DNA from: an uncultured Chryseobacterium sp.
GTDB lineage: Bacteria > Bacteroidota > Bacteroidia > Flavobacteriales_F > PHOS-HE28
Length of the DNA stretch: 64,000 nucleotides
Assembly (NCBI GenBank): GCA_964464935.1
Contig: CAYXKE010000004.1
Location: 6,984-70,983, forward strand
Direction of reading: 5' to 3'
Part shown: one piece after another, positions 9,179 to 20,224 of the stretch
Layout of the letters: every line of letters starts with the position of its first letter
Numbering within the stretch: the stretch's first letter is position 1
Made by a program: the position numbers and the translations under genes
The notes under the pieces: generated by a model
What the model was told of the DNA's origin: nothing
The model's database searches: none
What the model saw: the letters and a program-made list of their open reading frames with translations, nothing else

Positions 9179-10315
9179 ATGCTCCAAGTGCACCGCCCCA
9201 AGGCCGTTCTGCTCCTGAGCGACGGAACGATCTTCCATGGGCGCGCCGTCGGTTCCATCGGCACCACCACCGGTGAGATCTGCTTCAACACCGGGATGAC
9301 CGGCTACCAGGAGATCTTCACGGACCCCAGTTACACGGGGCAGATCATGACCCTGGCCACCGCGCACGTGGGCAATTACGGTGTGAAGGATGGGGAGGAG
9401 GAGAGCCGCACGCTCTCCATCGCCGGACTGGTGGTGAAGAACTTCAGCCAAGTGTGGAGCCGCCCCGGTGGCAACGGCAGCCTCGACGACCATCTGAAGG
9501 CCCATGGTGTGGTGGGCATCAGCGATGTGGATACCCGTAAGCTCGTACGCCACATCCGGGATCACGGCGCCCAGAACGCGATCATTTGCAGCGACGGCAC
9601 CGCGCTGGAGGAATTGCGTGAGCGACTGGCCCAGGTGCCATCCATGGCCGGCTTGGAGCTTTCCAGCCGGGTGAGCACCACTGCGCCCTACCACGTGGGA
9701 CCCGAGGACGGGGAGTGGCGCGTGGCACTGGTGGACTTCGGTGTGAAGCGCAACATCGAGCGCTGTCTGGAGGAGCGCGGCTGCCATGTGCGTGTGTTCC
9801 CCATGACCACCCCGCTGGACGAGATGATGGCCTGGCGCCCGCATGGGCTCCTGCTGAGCAATGGCCCCGGAGATCCCGCAGCCATGCCTGCCAGCGTGGA
9901 GTTGGTGCGCAGCGTGGTGGCGTGCGGCCTGCCGGTGTTCGGCATCTGCCTGGGCCACCAACTGCTGGCCGAGGCCTCCGGCATCCCCACGCGCAAAATG
10001 CACCATGGTCACCGGGGGATCAACCACCCGGTGCGCGATCTCACCACGGGCCGTGACGAGATCACCTCACAGAACCACGGCTTTGTGGTGGACCGGACGG
10101 CCTTGGAGCAGGACGACCGCTGGGAGATCACCCACGTGCACCTGAACGACCACAGTGTGGCGGGCATGCGGCTCAGGGGGCGTCCGGTGTTCAGTGTGCA
10201 GTACCACCCAGAGGCCGGCCCCGGTCCGCTGGACGGTCGTTACCTGTTCGATCGCTTCGTGGAGAACCTCCGCGCCCATCATGCCGTTGAAGGCGCCCTG
10301 GCCGGCAAGGCCTGA
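9179..10315 (+). CDS. carA: Carbamoyl-phosphate synthase small (glutaminase) subunit
   Basis: ..AVLLLSDGTIFHGRAVG..GEICFNTGMTGYQEIFTDPSY.., plus GATase ..GICLGHQLL..HGHRGINHPV..QYHPEA... The ATG at 9179 was verified. The track start at 9149 is TTG inside the promoter box. Confidence 0.92.
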   Translation: MLQVHRPKAVLLLSDGTIFHGRAVGSIGTTTGEICFNTGMTGYQEIFTDPSYTGQIMTLATAHVGNYGVKDGEEESRTLSIAGLVVKNFSQVWSRPGGNGSLDDHLKAHGVVGISDVDTRKLVRHIRDHGAQNAIICSDGTALEELRERLAQVPSMAGLELSSRVSTTAPYHVGPEDGEWRVALVDFGVKRNIERCLEERGCHVRVFPMTTPLDEMMAWRPHGLLLSNGPGDPAAMPASVELVRSVVACGLPVFGICLGHQLLAEASGIPTRKMHHGHRGINHPVRDLTTGRDEITSQNHGFVVDRTALEQDDRWEITHVHLNDHSVAGMRLRGRPVFSVQYHPEAGPGPLDGRYLFDRFVENLRAHHAVEGALAGKA

Positions 10316-11617
<1,302 letters not shown>

Positions 11618-11744
11618 GCACAAGCATTCCACTTGTTGGGGCTGGTAGCTCGTAGATCGGCCGGCCCTACCCTTTTTGGCCGCACGTGGCGGTAGGGACC
11701 TGGTGCGCGCGAACGGTGCCCGAAGCCTGCACGCGATCCGGGGT

Positions 11745-12275
11745 TTATGCGGGCTTGGGCGCGGCCGTGCGGGCGCGTCGGTCAATGAGGCGTGCGGGAT
11801 TGCCAACGGCCACGTGGCCGTCCGGCACATCCTTCACCACCACAGCGCCCGCACCGATGGCCACATCACTGCCGATGGTGATGGGCCCGATGATGCACGC
11901 ATTGGCACCGATGTCCACACGCGCTCCGATGATGGGTGCACGGCTGAAGGTGCCATCAGGAAGTCGCTTGTTGCCGATGGTGCAGCCGTTGCGTACGGTG
12001 CAACCTTCTCCGAAAACGGTGCCATCGTTGATCACCAGGGCCTGTCCGTGGTCCACACGGAAGCCCGGCCCGATGCGGGTCTTCCAGGGCAGCTCGATGC
12101 CGAGCAGCCACTCCACCGCGATGCGGTAAAGGATGAAGTAGGGCAGGAAGAGGATGAAGGTGATGGGGGACAGTCGCAGCAGGTGGGCGAGACGGAACAG
12201 GAACATCACCAGCCTGCCTTTGGGGTTGCCCCGGTTGGCGCGGAAGTCCTGGAAGAGGGCGAACGGGCTGGCCAT
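11745..12275 (-). CDS. Hexapeptide-repeat O-acetyltransferase (serine acetyltransferase/WcaB-like)
   Basis: ..IELPWKTRIGPGFRVDHGQALVINDGTVFGEGCTVRNGCTIG..IIGARVDIGANACIIGPITIGSDVAIGAGAVVVKDV.. are left-handed beta-helix repeats. The ATG at 12275 was verified, 2 nt after the GT2 stop. Confidence 0.8.
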   Translation of the reverse strand: MASPFALFQDFRANRGNPKGRLVMFLFRLAHLLRLSPITFILFLPYFILYRIAVEWLLGIELPWKTRIGPGFRVDHGQALVINDGTVFGEGCTVRNGCTIGNKRLPDGTFSRAPIIGARVDIGANACIIGPITIGSDVAIGAGAVVVKDVPDGHVAVGNPARLIDRRARTAAPKPA

Positions 12276-12277
12276 GC

Positions 12278-13111
12278 TCACAAGGTCCGCTGGGCGCGCA
12301 GGCGGTTGATCCAGAGCTTGAGGTGTTGCACGGGGTACATTGCGGTGCGCACGGTCTGTCCCACGAAAGTATCCCACGGGCCCATGCCCAGACTACGGCT
12401 GAGGCGGGCCCCTTCGCGCAGCACCTGCGTGAGCGGCATGCGCGTGCTGGCCCCGCCAATGGCGAACTCAGCGATGGGATGGGGCACGTAGACGAACTGG
12501 TGGGGGTCTTCGCGCCAGGCTTGGTAGGTCCACTTGTGGTCGGCGCTCACCCGCAGCCCGGCGTCGTAGGGCCGGCCTTCGTAGTATGAGCGCCGCACGA
12601 AGAAGCTGGGGTGGTTCAGCACCATCTCCCAATACTTCAGCAGGAAGCCGTTGGGGCGGGCCTTCTTGATGCGCCGCCCCCCATCCGGGAAGCAGAGCCA
12701 GATGTCGCCGTGAAGGATGTTGGCCTGCGGGTTGGCCTGTGCCGTGGCCATCATGCGCGGAATGGCATCGGGTACGTACCGGTCATCGGCATTGATCATG
12801 CCCACCCATTCACCGGTGCACCGGGCGATGCCCTGGTTCATGGCGTCGTAGATGCCCTTGTCCGGCTTGCTGTGCCAGTAGGCCAGGCGGTCCTCATAGC
12901 GGCGGATGATGTCCTGCGTGCCGTCGGTGGAGCCGCCATCGAGCACGATGTACTCCACGGGCCAGTCCTGCGCCAGCACGCTTTGGATGGCGCCCTCGAT
13001 GAAGGCCGCGCCGTTGTACACCACGGTGATGATGCTCACCAGGGGGCGCTGGTCCGCGCGCGGTGGTGCGATGCCGGGCTTGCTGTTGCCGTCTTCCATG
13101 GAGGGGGTCAT
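12278..13111 (-). CDS. Family 2 glycosyltransferase
   Basis: 277 aa. ..LVSIITVVYNGAAFIEGAIQSVLAQDWP.EYIVLDGGSTDGT..INADD.. is the GT2 (GT-A) N-terminal signature with a DxD-like motif. ATGA overlap with the upstream gene. Confidence 0.85.
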   Translation of the reverse strand: MTPSMEDGNSKPGIAPPRADQRPLVSIITVVYNGAAFIEGAIQSVLAQDWPVEYIVLDGGSTDGTQDIIRRYEDRLAYWHSKPDKGIYDAMNQGIARCTGEWVGMINADDRYVPDAIPRMMATAQANPQANILHGDIWLCFPDGGRRIKKARPNGFLLKYWEMVLNHPSFFVRRSYYEGRPYDAGLRVSADHKWTYQAWREDPHQFVYVPHPIAEFAIGGASTRMPLTQVLREGARLSRSLGMGPWDTFVGQTVRTAMYPVQHLKLWINRLRAQRTL

Positions 13112-14445
13112 GTGATCAACGGCCCGGGCTCGACCTCACGCTGGAAGGGTCGTGTACCCAGTTGCGCCAGCATCATGGTGATCAGCGGCACACCCAGGTC
13201 GATGCCGTAGCAGAAGATGTCGATCTGCGACACGAAAAGGAGGTACACCACAGCGCCGTACAGCGGCGCTTCCGTGGTGTTGTTGACGTACTGCTGGCGA
13301 TAGTGCCGGTGCAGGTGCCAGAAGGACGCGTAGTACAACACCACTCCGGTCACCCCTTGGGCGAGCAGGATCTGCAGGGAAGTGCTGTGCATGTGGATGA
13401 ACTTCCAGTCCTCCACGCCCCACAGGGTGCCAATGCGCTTCATGAATCCCAGGTGGGCCTGCCCGTTGTAACCGTTGCCGAAGAAGAAGCCGCGCCGGTC
13501 GCCCACCAGCCAGTCCCAAGCGCCGTACCAGAGGTAGGAACGGCCGTTGAAGCTGGTCACGTCCTCCTTGGTCACCCGTTCCAGCACGGCCTCGAAGACG
13601 GGCAGGGTGAGGATCTCATAAATGAGCAGGGCGAAGCTGAGCAGCAGCGGCAGGGTGAAGAGGGAGATGGGGAAGGCCAGCCGTGCGTTGCGCATTACGC
13701 CGAGCATGAACAACAGCGTGAACACGAGGAACACCATGAAGGACAGGCGGCTGTTCACGTTCACCATCACCGCGAAGCCGAAAAGGAAGAGCATGACCGA
13801 TGCGGCGAGCATCAGCGGCCGATGCAGCATGTCGCGCATCATGATCAGCAGCATCAGGCCGATGATCGAGAGCAGGTGAGCGGCGTCGTACAACCCCCGC
13901 ATGAAGGGCATGTTGATGCGGCCGGGAAAGCTGTGCACCAGATTGTGCATGCCCGCCGCGTATCCCAGGAAGTTCACGCCCATCAAGATGAGCAGGCCCT
14001 TGAATATCACACTGGACAGGCTGTAGTCGGGGTCGTCGCGATTGACGATGCGCACCACCACCGCCGCGAAGAACGGCGCCAGAACGAGGACACATTGCAG
14101 GCTGGTGTTGAGCACGCTGTAGCCGGGGAAGCCCCGCAGATAGGCCAGCCACAAGCCGCTGCACATGGAGAGGAGGGCCAGCAGCGAGATCCAGAACACC
14201 GCGCTGTACCGCATGCGCGGCTGGTGGCGGTAGAGCATGTCCACCAAGTGCACCAGGATGATCCCCACGAAGGGGATGGACGAGAAGATCATGCCCTGCG
14301 ACAGGCTCTGTCGCATGCCCACGTAGAACCCGATCCCGTAGAGGGGCATCCCCAACAGGAACAGGGTGTTGATCAGTTTTTTCTTGGAGATCTCCACGTT
14401 GGCGGCAGACTTAGGAGGGCGGCGCCAAGTTAGCCCGGGGGGCAC
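13108..14445 (-). CDS. O-antigen polymerase/ligase-like (Wzy-type) polytopic membrane protein
   Basis: About 10-12 hydrophobic segments. ..HMHSTSLQILLAQGVTGVVLY.. resembles the O-antigen-ligase-domain motif. The start is uncertain: GTG 14445, GTG 14397 or ATG 14349. Confidence 0.7.
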   Translation of the reverse strand: MPPGLTWRRPPKSAANVEISKKKLINTLFLLGMPLYGIGFYVGMRQSLSQGMIFSSIPFVGIILVHLVDMLYRHQPRMRYSAVFWISLLALLSMCSGLWLAYLRGFPGYSVLNTSLQCVLVLAPFFAAVVVRIVNRDDPDYSLSSVIFKGLLILMGVNFLGYAAGMHNLVHSFPGRINMPFMRGLYDAAHLLSIIGLMLLIMMRDMLHRPLMLAASVMLFLFGFAVMVNVNSRLSFMVFLVFTLLFMLGVMRNARLAFPISLFTLPLLLSFALLIYEILTLPVFEAVLERVTKEDVTSFNGRSYLWYGAWDWLVGDRRGFFFGNGYNGQAHLGFMKRIGTLWGVEDWKFIHMHSTSLQILLAQGVTGVVLYYASFWHLHRHYRQQYVNNTTEAPLYGAVVYLLFVSQIDIFCYGIDLGVPLITMMLAQLGTRPFQREVEPGPLIT

Positions 14446-14449
14446 CGTT

Positions 14450-15721
14450 CTACCGGCCCGAATGGAAGCCCTTCACGCGGTGTGTGCGATGGTAGTTGGG
14501 GAACTCATTGAACATGGCCACCACCTGACGGGCCACTGCGCGCGGGGTGGCGAACTCGTCCACGAACCGGTACAGGAAAAGCTGCATTCGGTCGTGCCAA
14601 CGTACGGAGATGTCCTGCACGATGTTGCCACTGCGGTCGTGGGGGAGGATCTCCACGCAGCCCGCCGCGTGCGCCGTGGGAAGGAGCATGTTGCTGCCGT
14701 GCACCCCCACCACGATCTGACTGTCCGCATAGGCTTGCACCCACTGCCGCTCCACCTGCTCATCGATCCGGGTGGTGCGCAGGTCGGTGGCCATGTGGCC
14801 CATGCCGCCGGCACGGCCCATGCCCACCACGGTGAAACGGGCGTTCGGCAGGGCCCGTCGCACATGACGCATGGTGCGGCGCACCATGCGGTCCTGGTCC
14901 ATCACGAAGAAGCGCCCCAGTGATCTCTTCAAACGCAACGGCCCCAAGGCGCGGTGCATGAATTTGTGCAGCGGCGTGGCGTACCAGAGCCGGTCCTCGC
15001 GGGCGATGAACGTGACCTGCGGGGGGCGCGTGGCGAATTCCTCCAGTGGGAAGGCCGGGGTGCGGGTGAACTGCGCGATGTCGATGGAGGCGAATTCCGG
15101 ATGGGCATAGGCCCGGCCCAGGAACACCTCATCGAAACGCTCCAGCTGTTCGTGCACGAAACGGTCGATCGCCGGGTACCAGCCATGCATGCGCCCCAGG
15201 CCGAGGTCCACGGTCCATACCTCGGCCACGCCTTCGGGAACGAGCCAGCGGAAGTTGCGTGGCACCATCACCACCAGCCCGATGTCCGGATAGCGCTGCA
15301 GATAGTGCGCGGCGTTGTACAGCTTCAGCAGCACGTGGCCATACAGGAAATCGAGCGTGTTCAGCAGCACCACCCGCCGGTGTTCGCGGAACACGGTGCG
15401 CTCCACCTTCACCGGGGCTTCGGTTGGCGCGCGATAGCCCTCCACGAGCGGCTGATGGAGCCAGGCGAGCCGCTCCTCGGCCGCGTACAGGCGGCCTGTG
15501 CCCAGTTCGAAGGCCATCGGATGATCCACCGCGAAGCCCACGGGCAGGTCCTTCATGAAGCGGGCACCGCACGCAGGGCAATGCCGCTCGGCCATGATGT
15601 GTATGCCGGGGAACACCACCCGCGACACCGCGGTATCGGCCGCACCGCAGGCGGGGCAGGGGCTGGGGTCGTGCACCGTGGGGCGCAGCGGTACCAGGTG
15701 AGGGTCAACAGTGGCGCTCAT
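14450..15721 (-). CDS. Hypothetical protein: N-terminal CxxC..CxxC zinc ribbon plus GT61/DUF563-like putative glycosyltransferase
   Basis: CPACGAAD..(27 aa)..CPACGARF at the N-terminus. ..LLNTLDFLYGHVLL.., ..VTFIARED.., ..IVVGVHGSNMLLPTAHAAGCVEILP.. resemble DUF563 motifs (from memory). ATGA overlap with the wzx stop (15718-15721). Confidence 0.5.
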   Translation of the reverse strand: MSATVDPHLVPLRPTVHDPSPCPACGAADTAVSRVVFPGIHIMAERHCPACGARFMKDLPVGFAVDHPMAFELGTGRLYAAEERLAWLHQPLVEGYRAPTEAPVKVERTVFREHRRVVLLNTLDFLYGHVLLKLYNAAHYLQRYPDIGLVVMVPRNFRWLVPEGVAEVWTVDLGLGRMHGWYPAIDRFVHEQLERFDEVFLGRAYAHPEFASIDIAQFTRTPAFPLEEFATRPPQVTFIAREDRLWYATPLHKFMHRALGPLRLKRSLGRFFVMDQDRMVRRTMRHVRRALPNARFTVVGMGRAGGMGHMATDLRTTRIDEQVERQWVQAYADSQIVVGVHGSNMLLPTAHAAGCVEILPHDRSGNIVQDISVRWHDRMQLFLYRFVDEFATPRAVARQVVAMFNEFPNYHRTHRVKGFHSGR

Positions 15722-17061
15722 CGCACTTGGCGGATGCGCCAGAACGTGGCCATGCCCAGCAGCATCCATTTGAGATTGACCCGGGTGCGGGCGAAGAAGA
15801 GGTCCACCAGAAAGATGCTCACGGCGAACGAGCCGATGGTGGCCCAGATGGCGCCGATCGCCTTGAACGGGGGGATGAGGATATAGTTCATCGCGATGTT
15901 GATCCCAGCGCCGATCACGGCCGTGAGCAATGCATAGCGGAACAGGCTTTCGTTCGTGATGAAGCTCGACTTGGCCACGCCCATGTTGGTGAAGAACAGC
16001 CGGATGGCGAAGAGGGACAGCAGATAACCGGCCGGGCGGAACTCCTCGCCGTAGAGCAGCACCATCAGTGGCTCGGCGATGAAGTAGAGGGGCACCGAGG
16101 TCACCAGAAAGAGCAGGAACATGAGCCGGTACTGGTTCAGCAGGCGGTCGCCGTACAGCTCCATGCTCTTCGCCTTGGCTCGGGTGATGGCCGGCGCCAG
16201 GGAGCGCTGCACGATCACCGGCAGGAAGCCCAGGGCCTCGATCATCTTCAACGCATTGCTGTACTGCCCCACTTCGCTGTTGGCCGCGGCATCGCCCAGG
16301 CGCTCACGGAGCACGTCGAAGATCATCACCTGGTCGATCTTGGCTTGCACGTACAGGGCCACCCCGTAGATGACCAGCGGCCATGATTGGTTCAGCAGGA
16401 AGCCGGCCATGCGGCGGCTGTAGCGCCAGGCCCGCACCGAGGCACCGTCGCGCATGTAGCGGATGGCATAACCCACGGCCAGCGAGGCGTTCTCCAGCAC
16501 GTACACCCAGGCGAAGTACATCAGGGCGTCGACGGCGGCCAGTGCGCCCGCGAACACAGCCCCGGCGATGGCGATCTTGGCCGCGGCACTGATGAAGACC
16601 TGGGCCATCTGCACGATCACGGTATCGCGTGAGCGCACATGGGCCATGAAGTACCAGTCGATCACACCGAAGGGGCGCAGCAGTTCGGCACAGCCCACCA
16701 CCACGATGATGGAAGCGGTGAGGTGCTCCATGTCCTTCATCACGGTGGCCGCCAGGAGCAGCAGGACCAGCAGCACGGAACCGCCGAGTTTGATCACCGC
16801 GGCGGTGCCCAGGAGTTCGTCGCGGCGCTCGGGCCGGCGCACCAGGTCGCGGACCACGATCTCGTCGAGGCCCATCGTGGTGAGGGCAAAGAAGAGCCCG
16901 ACGAAGCCGGTGGCGTAGTTCAGCTGGCCGAAGAGCTCAGGGCCCAGGCTGCGGGCCACGAGGATGCCCGTGAAGAGCACCACGCCCAGGCGGACGACCC
17001 GCTCCAGGAACAGCCACGACGTATTGGCCAGGTAACGGCGGAAGCCTTCGCTCACCTGCAT
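15718..17061 (-). CDS. wzx: Polysaccharide flippase (Wzx/MOP superfamily)
   Basis: 447 aa, about 12-14 TM segments. N-terminal ..NTSWLFLERVVRLGVVLFTGILVARSLGPELFGQLNYA.. is typical of polysaccharide-biosynthesis (PST) flippases. Confidence 0.8.
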   Translation of the reverse strand: MQVSEGFRRYLANTSWLFLERVVRLGVVLFTGILVARSLGPELFGQLNYATGFVGLFFALTTMGLDEIVVRDLVRRPERRDELLGTAAVIKLGGSVLLVLLLLAATVMKDMEHLTASIIVVVGCAELLRPFGVIDWYFMAHVRSRDTVIVQMAQVFISAAAKIAIAGAVFAGALAAVDALMYFAWVYVLENASLAVGYAIRYMRDGASVRAWRYSRRMAGFLLNQSWPLVIYGVALYVQAKIDQVMIFDVLRERLGDAAANSEVGQYSNALKMIEALGFLPVIVQRSLAPAITRAKAKSMELYGDRLLNQYRLMFLLFLVTSVPLYFIAEPLMVLLYGEEFRPAGYLLSLFAIRLFFTNMGVAKSSFITNESLFRYALLTAVIGAGINIAMNYILIPPFKAIGAIWATIGSFAVSIFLVDLFFARTRVNLKWMLLGMATFWRIRQVR

Positions 17062-17075
17062 GCGACCAGCGCGGC

Positions 17076-19421
17076 TCAGGAAGTGTAATAGCCCTTGCCG
17101 TAATACCCCGTGCCCTCCTTCACGTCGTTGAGGAGCAGATCGATGCGGTCCACTTTCTTCTCGCGGTACATCTCGTTGATGAGGCGCAGGTCACCCCGCT
17201 TCGTCCTGCCCTGACGTACCACGTAGAGGGTGAGGTCCACGTGACGCATGAGGAGCACGTACTCGCTGACCAGGCCCATGGGCGAGGCGTCGACCACGAT
17301 CTGGTCATAGCGCCCGCGCAGCACCTTGAAAAGCTCGGCCATGGCGGGCAGTTCGGCCAGTTCCAGGGGGTTGGGCGGGATGGGGCCGGCGGTGATCACG
17401 TCGAGGCCTTTCACATCGGTCGGGCGGATGGCTTCGTCCACCGTGCATTCGCCGATCAGGTAGGTGGAAAGGCCCTTGCCGTCGGCCATGCCCAGGACCT
17501 CGCCCACGCGGGGGCGGCGCATGTCCGCGTCGATGATGATGGTGCGCTTTCCGCTCAGGGTCATGACCGTGGCCAGGTTCACGGCACAGAAGGTCTTGCC
17601 TTCCCCACTGCGTGAACTGGTGAAGCCCACCACCTGGCGGCTCGCACCGGGGTTGAGGTATTGCAGGTTGATCCGTGCGGTGCGGAACGATTCGGCCAGC
17701 AGCGACTTGGGGTCGTCCAGGTCGATGCGTTTCCGCTTGGACGAGGGGATCGTCGCCAGGACAGGGATGGGGGTGATGCGCTTCAGGTGGTCCAGGTCGG
17801 CGATGCTGTCCTTGATCAGGTCCTGCACGATGATCAGGATGATGGGCAGGAGGATGCTCAGCGCCAATGCCCCACCCAACGCCATGCGCTTGGAAGGTTT
17901 GATGGCCTTCCCGGTCGTACGCGCCTCGTCCACCACCCACTTGTCCACCTCGTCGCTGGCGATGGCGATGCCGGCCTCGGCCCGCTTCTCCATGAGGTAG
18001 TTGTACAGGCTTTCGCTCAGGTTGAACTTCCGCTGGATGTTGCCCAGGCGGCGTTCATTCTCAGGCAGCTGATTGAACTCGCGGTTGATGCGGCCCAGGT
18101 TGCGGTTCACCTGGGCGAGGCCGATCTCCACCTGTTCCACGAGGCTTTCGGCGGTCTGTGCCAGCGATGAGGTGAGGTTCTTAAGCCGGCGTTCCATGGC
18201 CACGATGGCCGGGTTGTTCCGCGGGCCGGCGCTCACGTTCTGGGCGGCCAGATCGGCGCTCAGTCGCGTGATCTCCAGCACCAGGTTGTTCAGCACGGGG
18301 TCGTCGATCCCGGAGGAGGAGGGGGCGGGCACGTTGCGCAGGTCGCTCTGGCTGCGCACCTTGTCCAGGATGGAGCGGCAGTACTGCATGCGGGCGATGA
18401 GGTCCGAGCGTTCACGCTCCAGGCGGCTGCGCTCCTGGAACAGGGCGTCGCTGGTGGTGGCCGCGCTCATCATGCCGCCGCTCACGCCGCGGAAGCCCTC
18501 CATGCTCGATTCCACCTCACGCAGCGAGTCGGACACGATGCCGATCTGGTCGTCGATGAAGTTGATCGTCTTCAACCCCTTCTGGTGGCGCCGGTACAGC
18601 TCGCCTTCGATGTAGGATTCCAGCAGCTTGTTCACGTAGAGTTTCTCCTTGCTGGGCACCTCGCCCACGGTCGATACCGAGACGATGCTGCTCTCGTCGC
18701 TCAAGGGCACGGCGCTGGTCTTGGCGCGGTATTCGGCCACAAGTGCGTCGAGGCTGTTGATGGTGAAGAAGTACTCGCGGTCCTTGGGGTACTGGCGGTC
18801 CTCGGGGAACTCGATCGAGAAGCTCAGACCCTCGGCCACGAAGGGCTCGCCGATCTTCACCACCTGGTCCACTTCATAGTCGGTGATGAAGTCCTCCAGT
18901 TCGGTCTGCTTCTGCACGTTGTACAGGGAGGCGTACTTGGCCTTGGCCTTCACGCGGTAGGTGCCGGCCTGCCGGTCCACCTCCACGTGGACGGGGATGC
19001 CGTAGACCTGCACGGCCACCGTGTCAAGGCGCACGAAGAATGGCGGGTAGTCGTACTTCTGTTGGGTGAGGAAGTTGTGGCGCTCGTAATAGGTGATGCC
19101 GAAGTCGAGGCGCTTGAGCGTGCGGGTCACGTTGGTCACGGAGGTCAGCACGGCGATCTGGTCCTCGATGTCGGAGTTGCCGCCCAGGAACGAGGTGCCC
19201 TTGATGAATTCGGTGGCCGGTCCCAGTTGGTTGCGCCCCTTCTCGCTCATGAGCAGCACAGCCTCCACCCGGAAGATCTTCGGGGTGGTCTTGATGTAGA
19301 CCACCGCACCGGCCATGCTGAGGATGCCGGTGATGAGGAACAGCCACCACTTGGCCAGGAGCTTGCGGAGGATGGACCGCAGGTCGATCGTGTCCAGCGC
19401 GTTGTTCGTGCTCATGCTCAC
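17076..19421 (-). CDS. wzc: Polysaccharide co-polymerase/tyrosine autokinase (Wzc/GumC-type)
   Basis: 781 aa. It has an N-terminal Wzz-type TM and periplasmic coiled-coil, Walker A ..TSSRSGEGKTF.., and a Tyr-rich tail ..GTGYYGKGYYTS. The start is GTG 19421 (overlapping the wza stop) or ATG 19415. Confidence 0.85.
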   Translation of the reverse strand: MSMSTNNALDTIDLRSILRKLLAKWWLFLITGILSMAGAVVYIKTTPKIFRVEAVLLMSEKGRNQLGPATEFIKGTSFLGGNSDIEDQIAVLTSVTNVTRTLKRLDFGITYYERHNFLTQQKYDYPPFFVRLDTVAVQVYGIPVHVEVDRQAGTYRVKAKAKYASLYNVQKQTELEDFITDYEVDQVVKIGEPFVAEGLSFSIEFPEDRQYPKDREYFFTINSLDALVAEYRAKTSAVPLSDESSIVSVSTVGEVPSKEKLYVNKLLESYIEGELYRRHQKGLKTINFIDDQIGIVSDSLREVESSMEGFRGVSGGMMSAATTSDALFQERSRLERERSDLIARMQYCRSILDKVRSQSDLRNVPAPSSSGIDDPVLNNLVLEITRLSADLAAQNVSAGPRNNPAIVAMERRLKNLTSSLAQTAESLVEQVEIGLAQVNRNLGRINREFNQLPENERRLGNIQRKFNLSESLYNYLMEKRAEAGIAIASDEVDKWVVDEARTTGKAIKPSKRMALGGALALSILLPIILIIVQDLIKDSIADLDHLKRITPIPVLATIPSSKRKRIDLDDPKSLLAESFRTARINLQYLNPGASRQVVGFTSSRSGEGKTFCAVNLATVMTLSGKRTIIIDADMRRPRVGEVLGMADGKGLSTYLIGECTVDEAIRPTDVKGLDVITAGPIPPNPLELAELPAMAELFKVLRGRYDQIVVDASPMGLVSEYVLLMRHVDLTLYVVRQGRTKRGDLRLINEMYREKKVDRIDLLLNDVKEGTGYYGKGYYTS

Positions 19422-20224
19422 TGATTGTTCTGGATCACGGTGAACACCACGGCGGCCGTGCTGATCGCACTGAGCAGCACCACCAGGATGTCGAGGTTCA
19501 GCCGGCCGGCGCGGGCGCGCAGTGTGCGCACGTAGACCGTGTCGTTGGGCAGCAGGTAGTAGTACTCGGAGCTGAGCACGTCGGTGTTCGAGAGGTCGAG
19601 ATAGATGGCCTGCACGCCGCGGTCGCTCTGGCGCATGACGGTCACATGGGTCTTGTCGGCGAACTCGTTCGGGCCACCGGCCATGGCCAGGGCCTCCAGC
19701 ACGGTGATCTGGTTGTTGTACACGAAGTACGATCCGGGACGGGCCACCTCGCCCAGTACGCTCACGCGGAAGCTCACCAGCTTGAGGATGACGGTGGCGG
19801 TGGTGAAGTACTCGTTGATCTTGCGTTGCACCAGCTCCTGCGCTTCACCCACGGTGAGTCCCTGCACCTTGATCTTTCCCACGGTGGGCAGCTGCACGTG
19901 CCCGTTCTTGTCCACGCTGTAGCCGTTCACATAGAACGTGGCGTCGTTCATGCCCTGCAGACCGCCCTGGGCCTCCACGTTGAAGAAGCGGTGGGTGGCC
20001 TCGTCCAGGCCCATCACACGGATCGACAGCACGTCGTTCACCTGGATGCGGTACTCGAACTTCCGGTTCTCGAACAGCTTGCTCGATCCGTTGGTCAGCG
20101 TCCGGTCGTTGAGATAGTTGATGTTGCGGTTGCCCACGCAGCCACCCAGCAACAGGCAGACCATGGCAATGAGCCAGGTGCGGGTCCACGGTGCACGTGA
20201 AAGCCCGGAAAAGGATCGGATCAT
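19418..20224 (-). CDS. wza: Polysaccharide export outer-membrane lipoprotein (Wza family)
   Basis: MIRSF...LLLGGCVGN is a lipoprotein signal. ..YRIQVNDVLSIRV.., ..VDKNGHVQLPTVGKIKVQGLT..EA.. form the Poly_export domain, followed by an SLBB-like repeat. The ATG at 20224 was verified. Confidence 0.85.
   Translation of the reverse strand: MIRSFSGLSRAPWTRTWLIAMVCLLLGGCVGNRNINYLNDRTLTNGSSKLFENRKFEYRIQVNDVLSIRVMGLDEATHRFFNVEAQGGLQGMNDATFYVNGYSVDKNGHVQLPTVGKIKVQGLTVGEAQELVQRKINEYFTTATVILKLVSFRVSVLGEVARPGSYFVYNNQITVLEALAMAGGPNEFADKTHVTVMRQSDRGVQAIYLDLSNTDVLSSEYYYLLPNDTVYVRTLRARAGRLNLDILVVLLSAISTAAVVFTVIQNNQ

Noticed and set aside
7490-10027. 845-aa minus-strand ORF across rpoA, rplQ and carA
   Set aside because: It is an antisense shadow of three unambiguous housekeeping genes. 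It also runs through an intergenic terminator and promoter, and its sequence is low-complexity.
11636-11661. Possible att-like direct repeat of the tRNA-Glu 3' end: GTAGCtCGTAG..ATCG at 11643-11657 versus GTAGCcCGTAGgggaATCG at 20356-20374. This would make the EPS cassette a tRNA-flanked island.
   Set aside because: The match is only about 11 nt with a mismatch, plus a gapped 4-mer. There is no integrase or other mobility gene, and no visible compositional break. It is compatible with chance and is worth only a comparative check.
11660-11700. Candidate terminator between convergent eno and the acetyltransferase gene (CCCTACC...GGTAGGG with inner CCGC/GCGG)
   Set aside because: It needs a large asymmetric bulge, and there is no U-tract on either strand. 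That is too weak to call.
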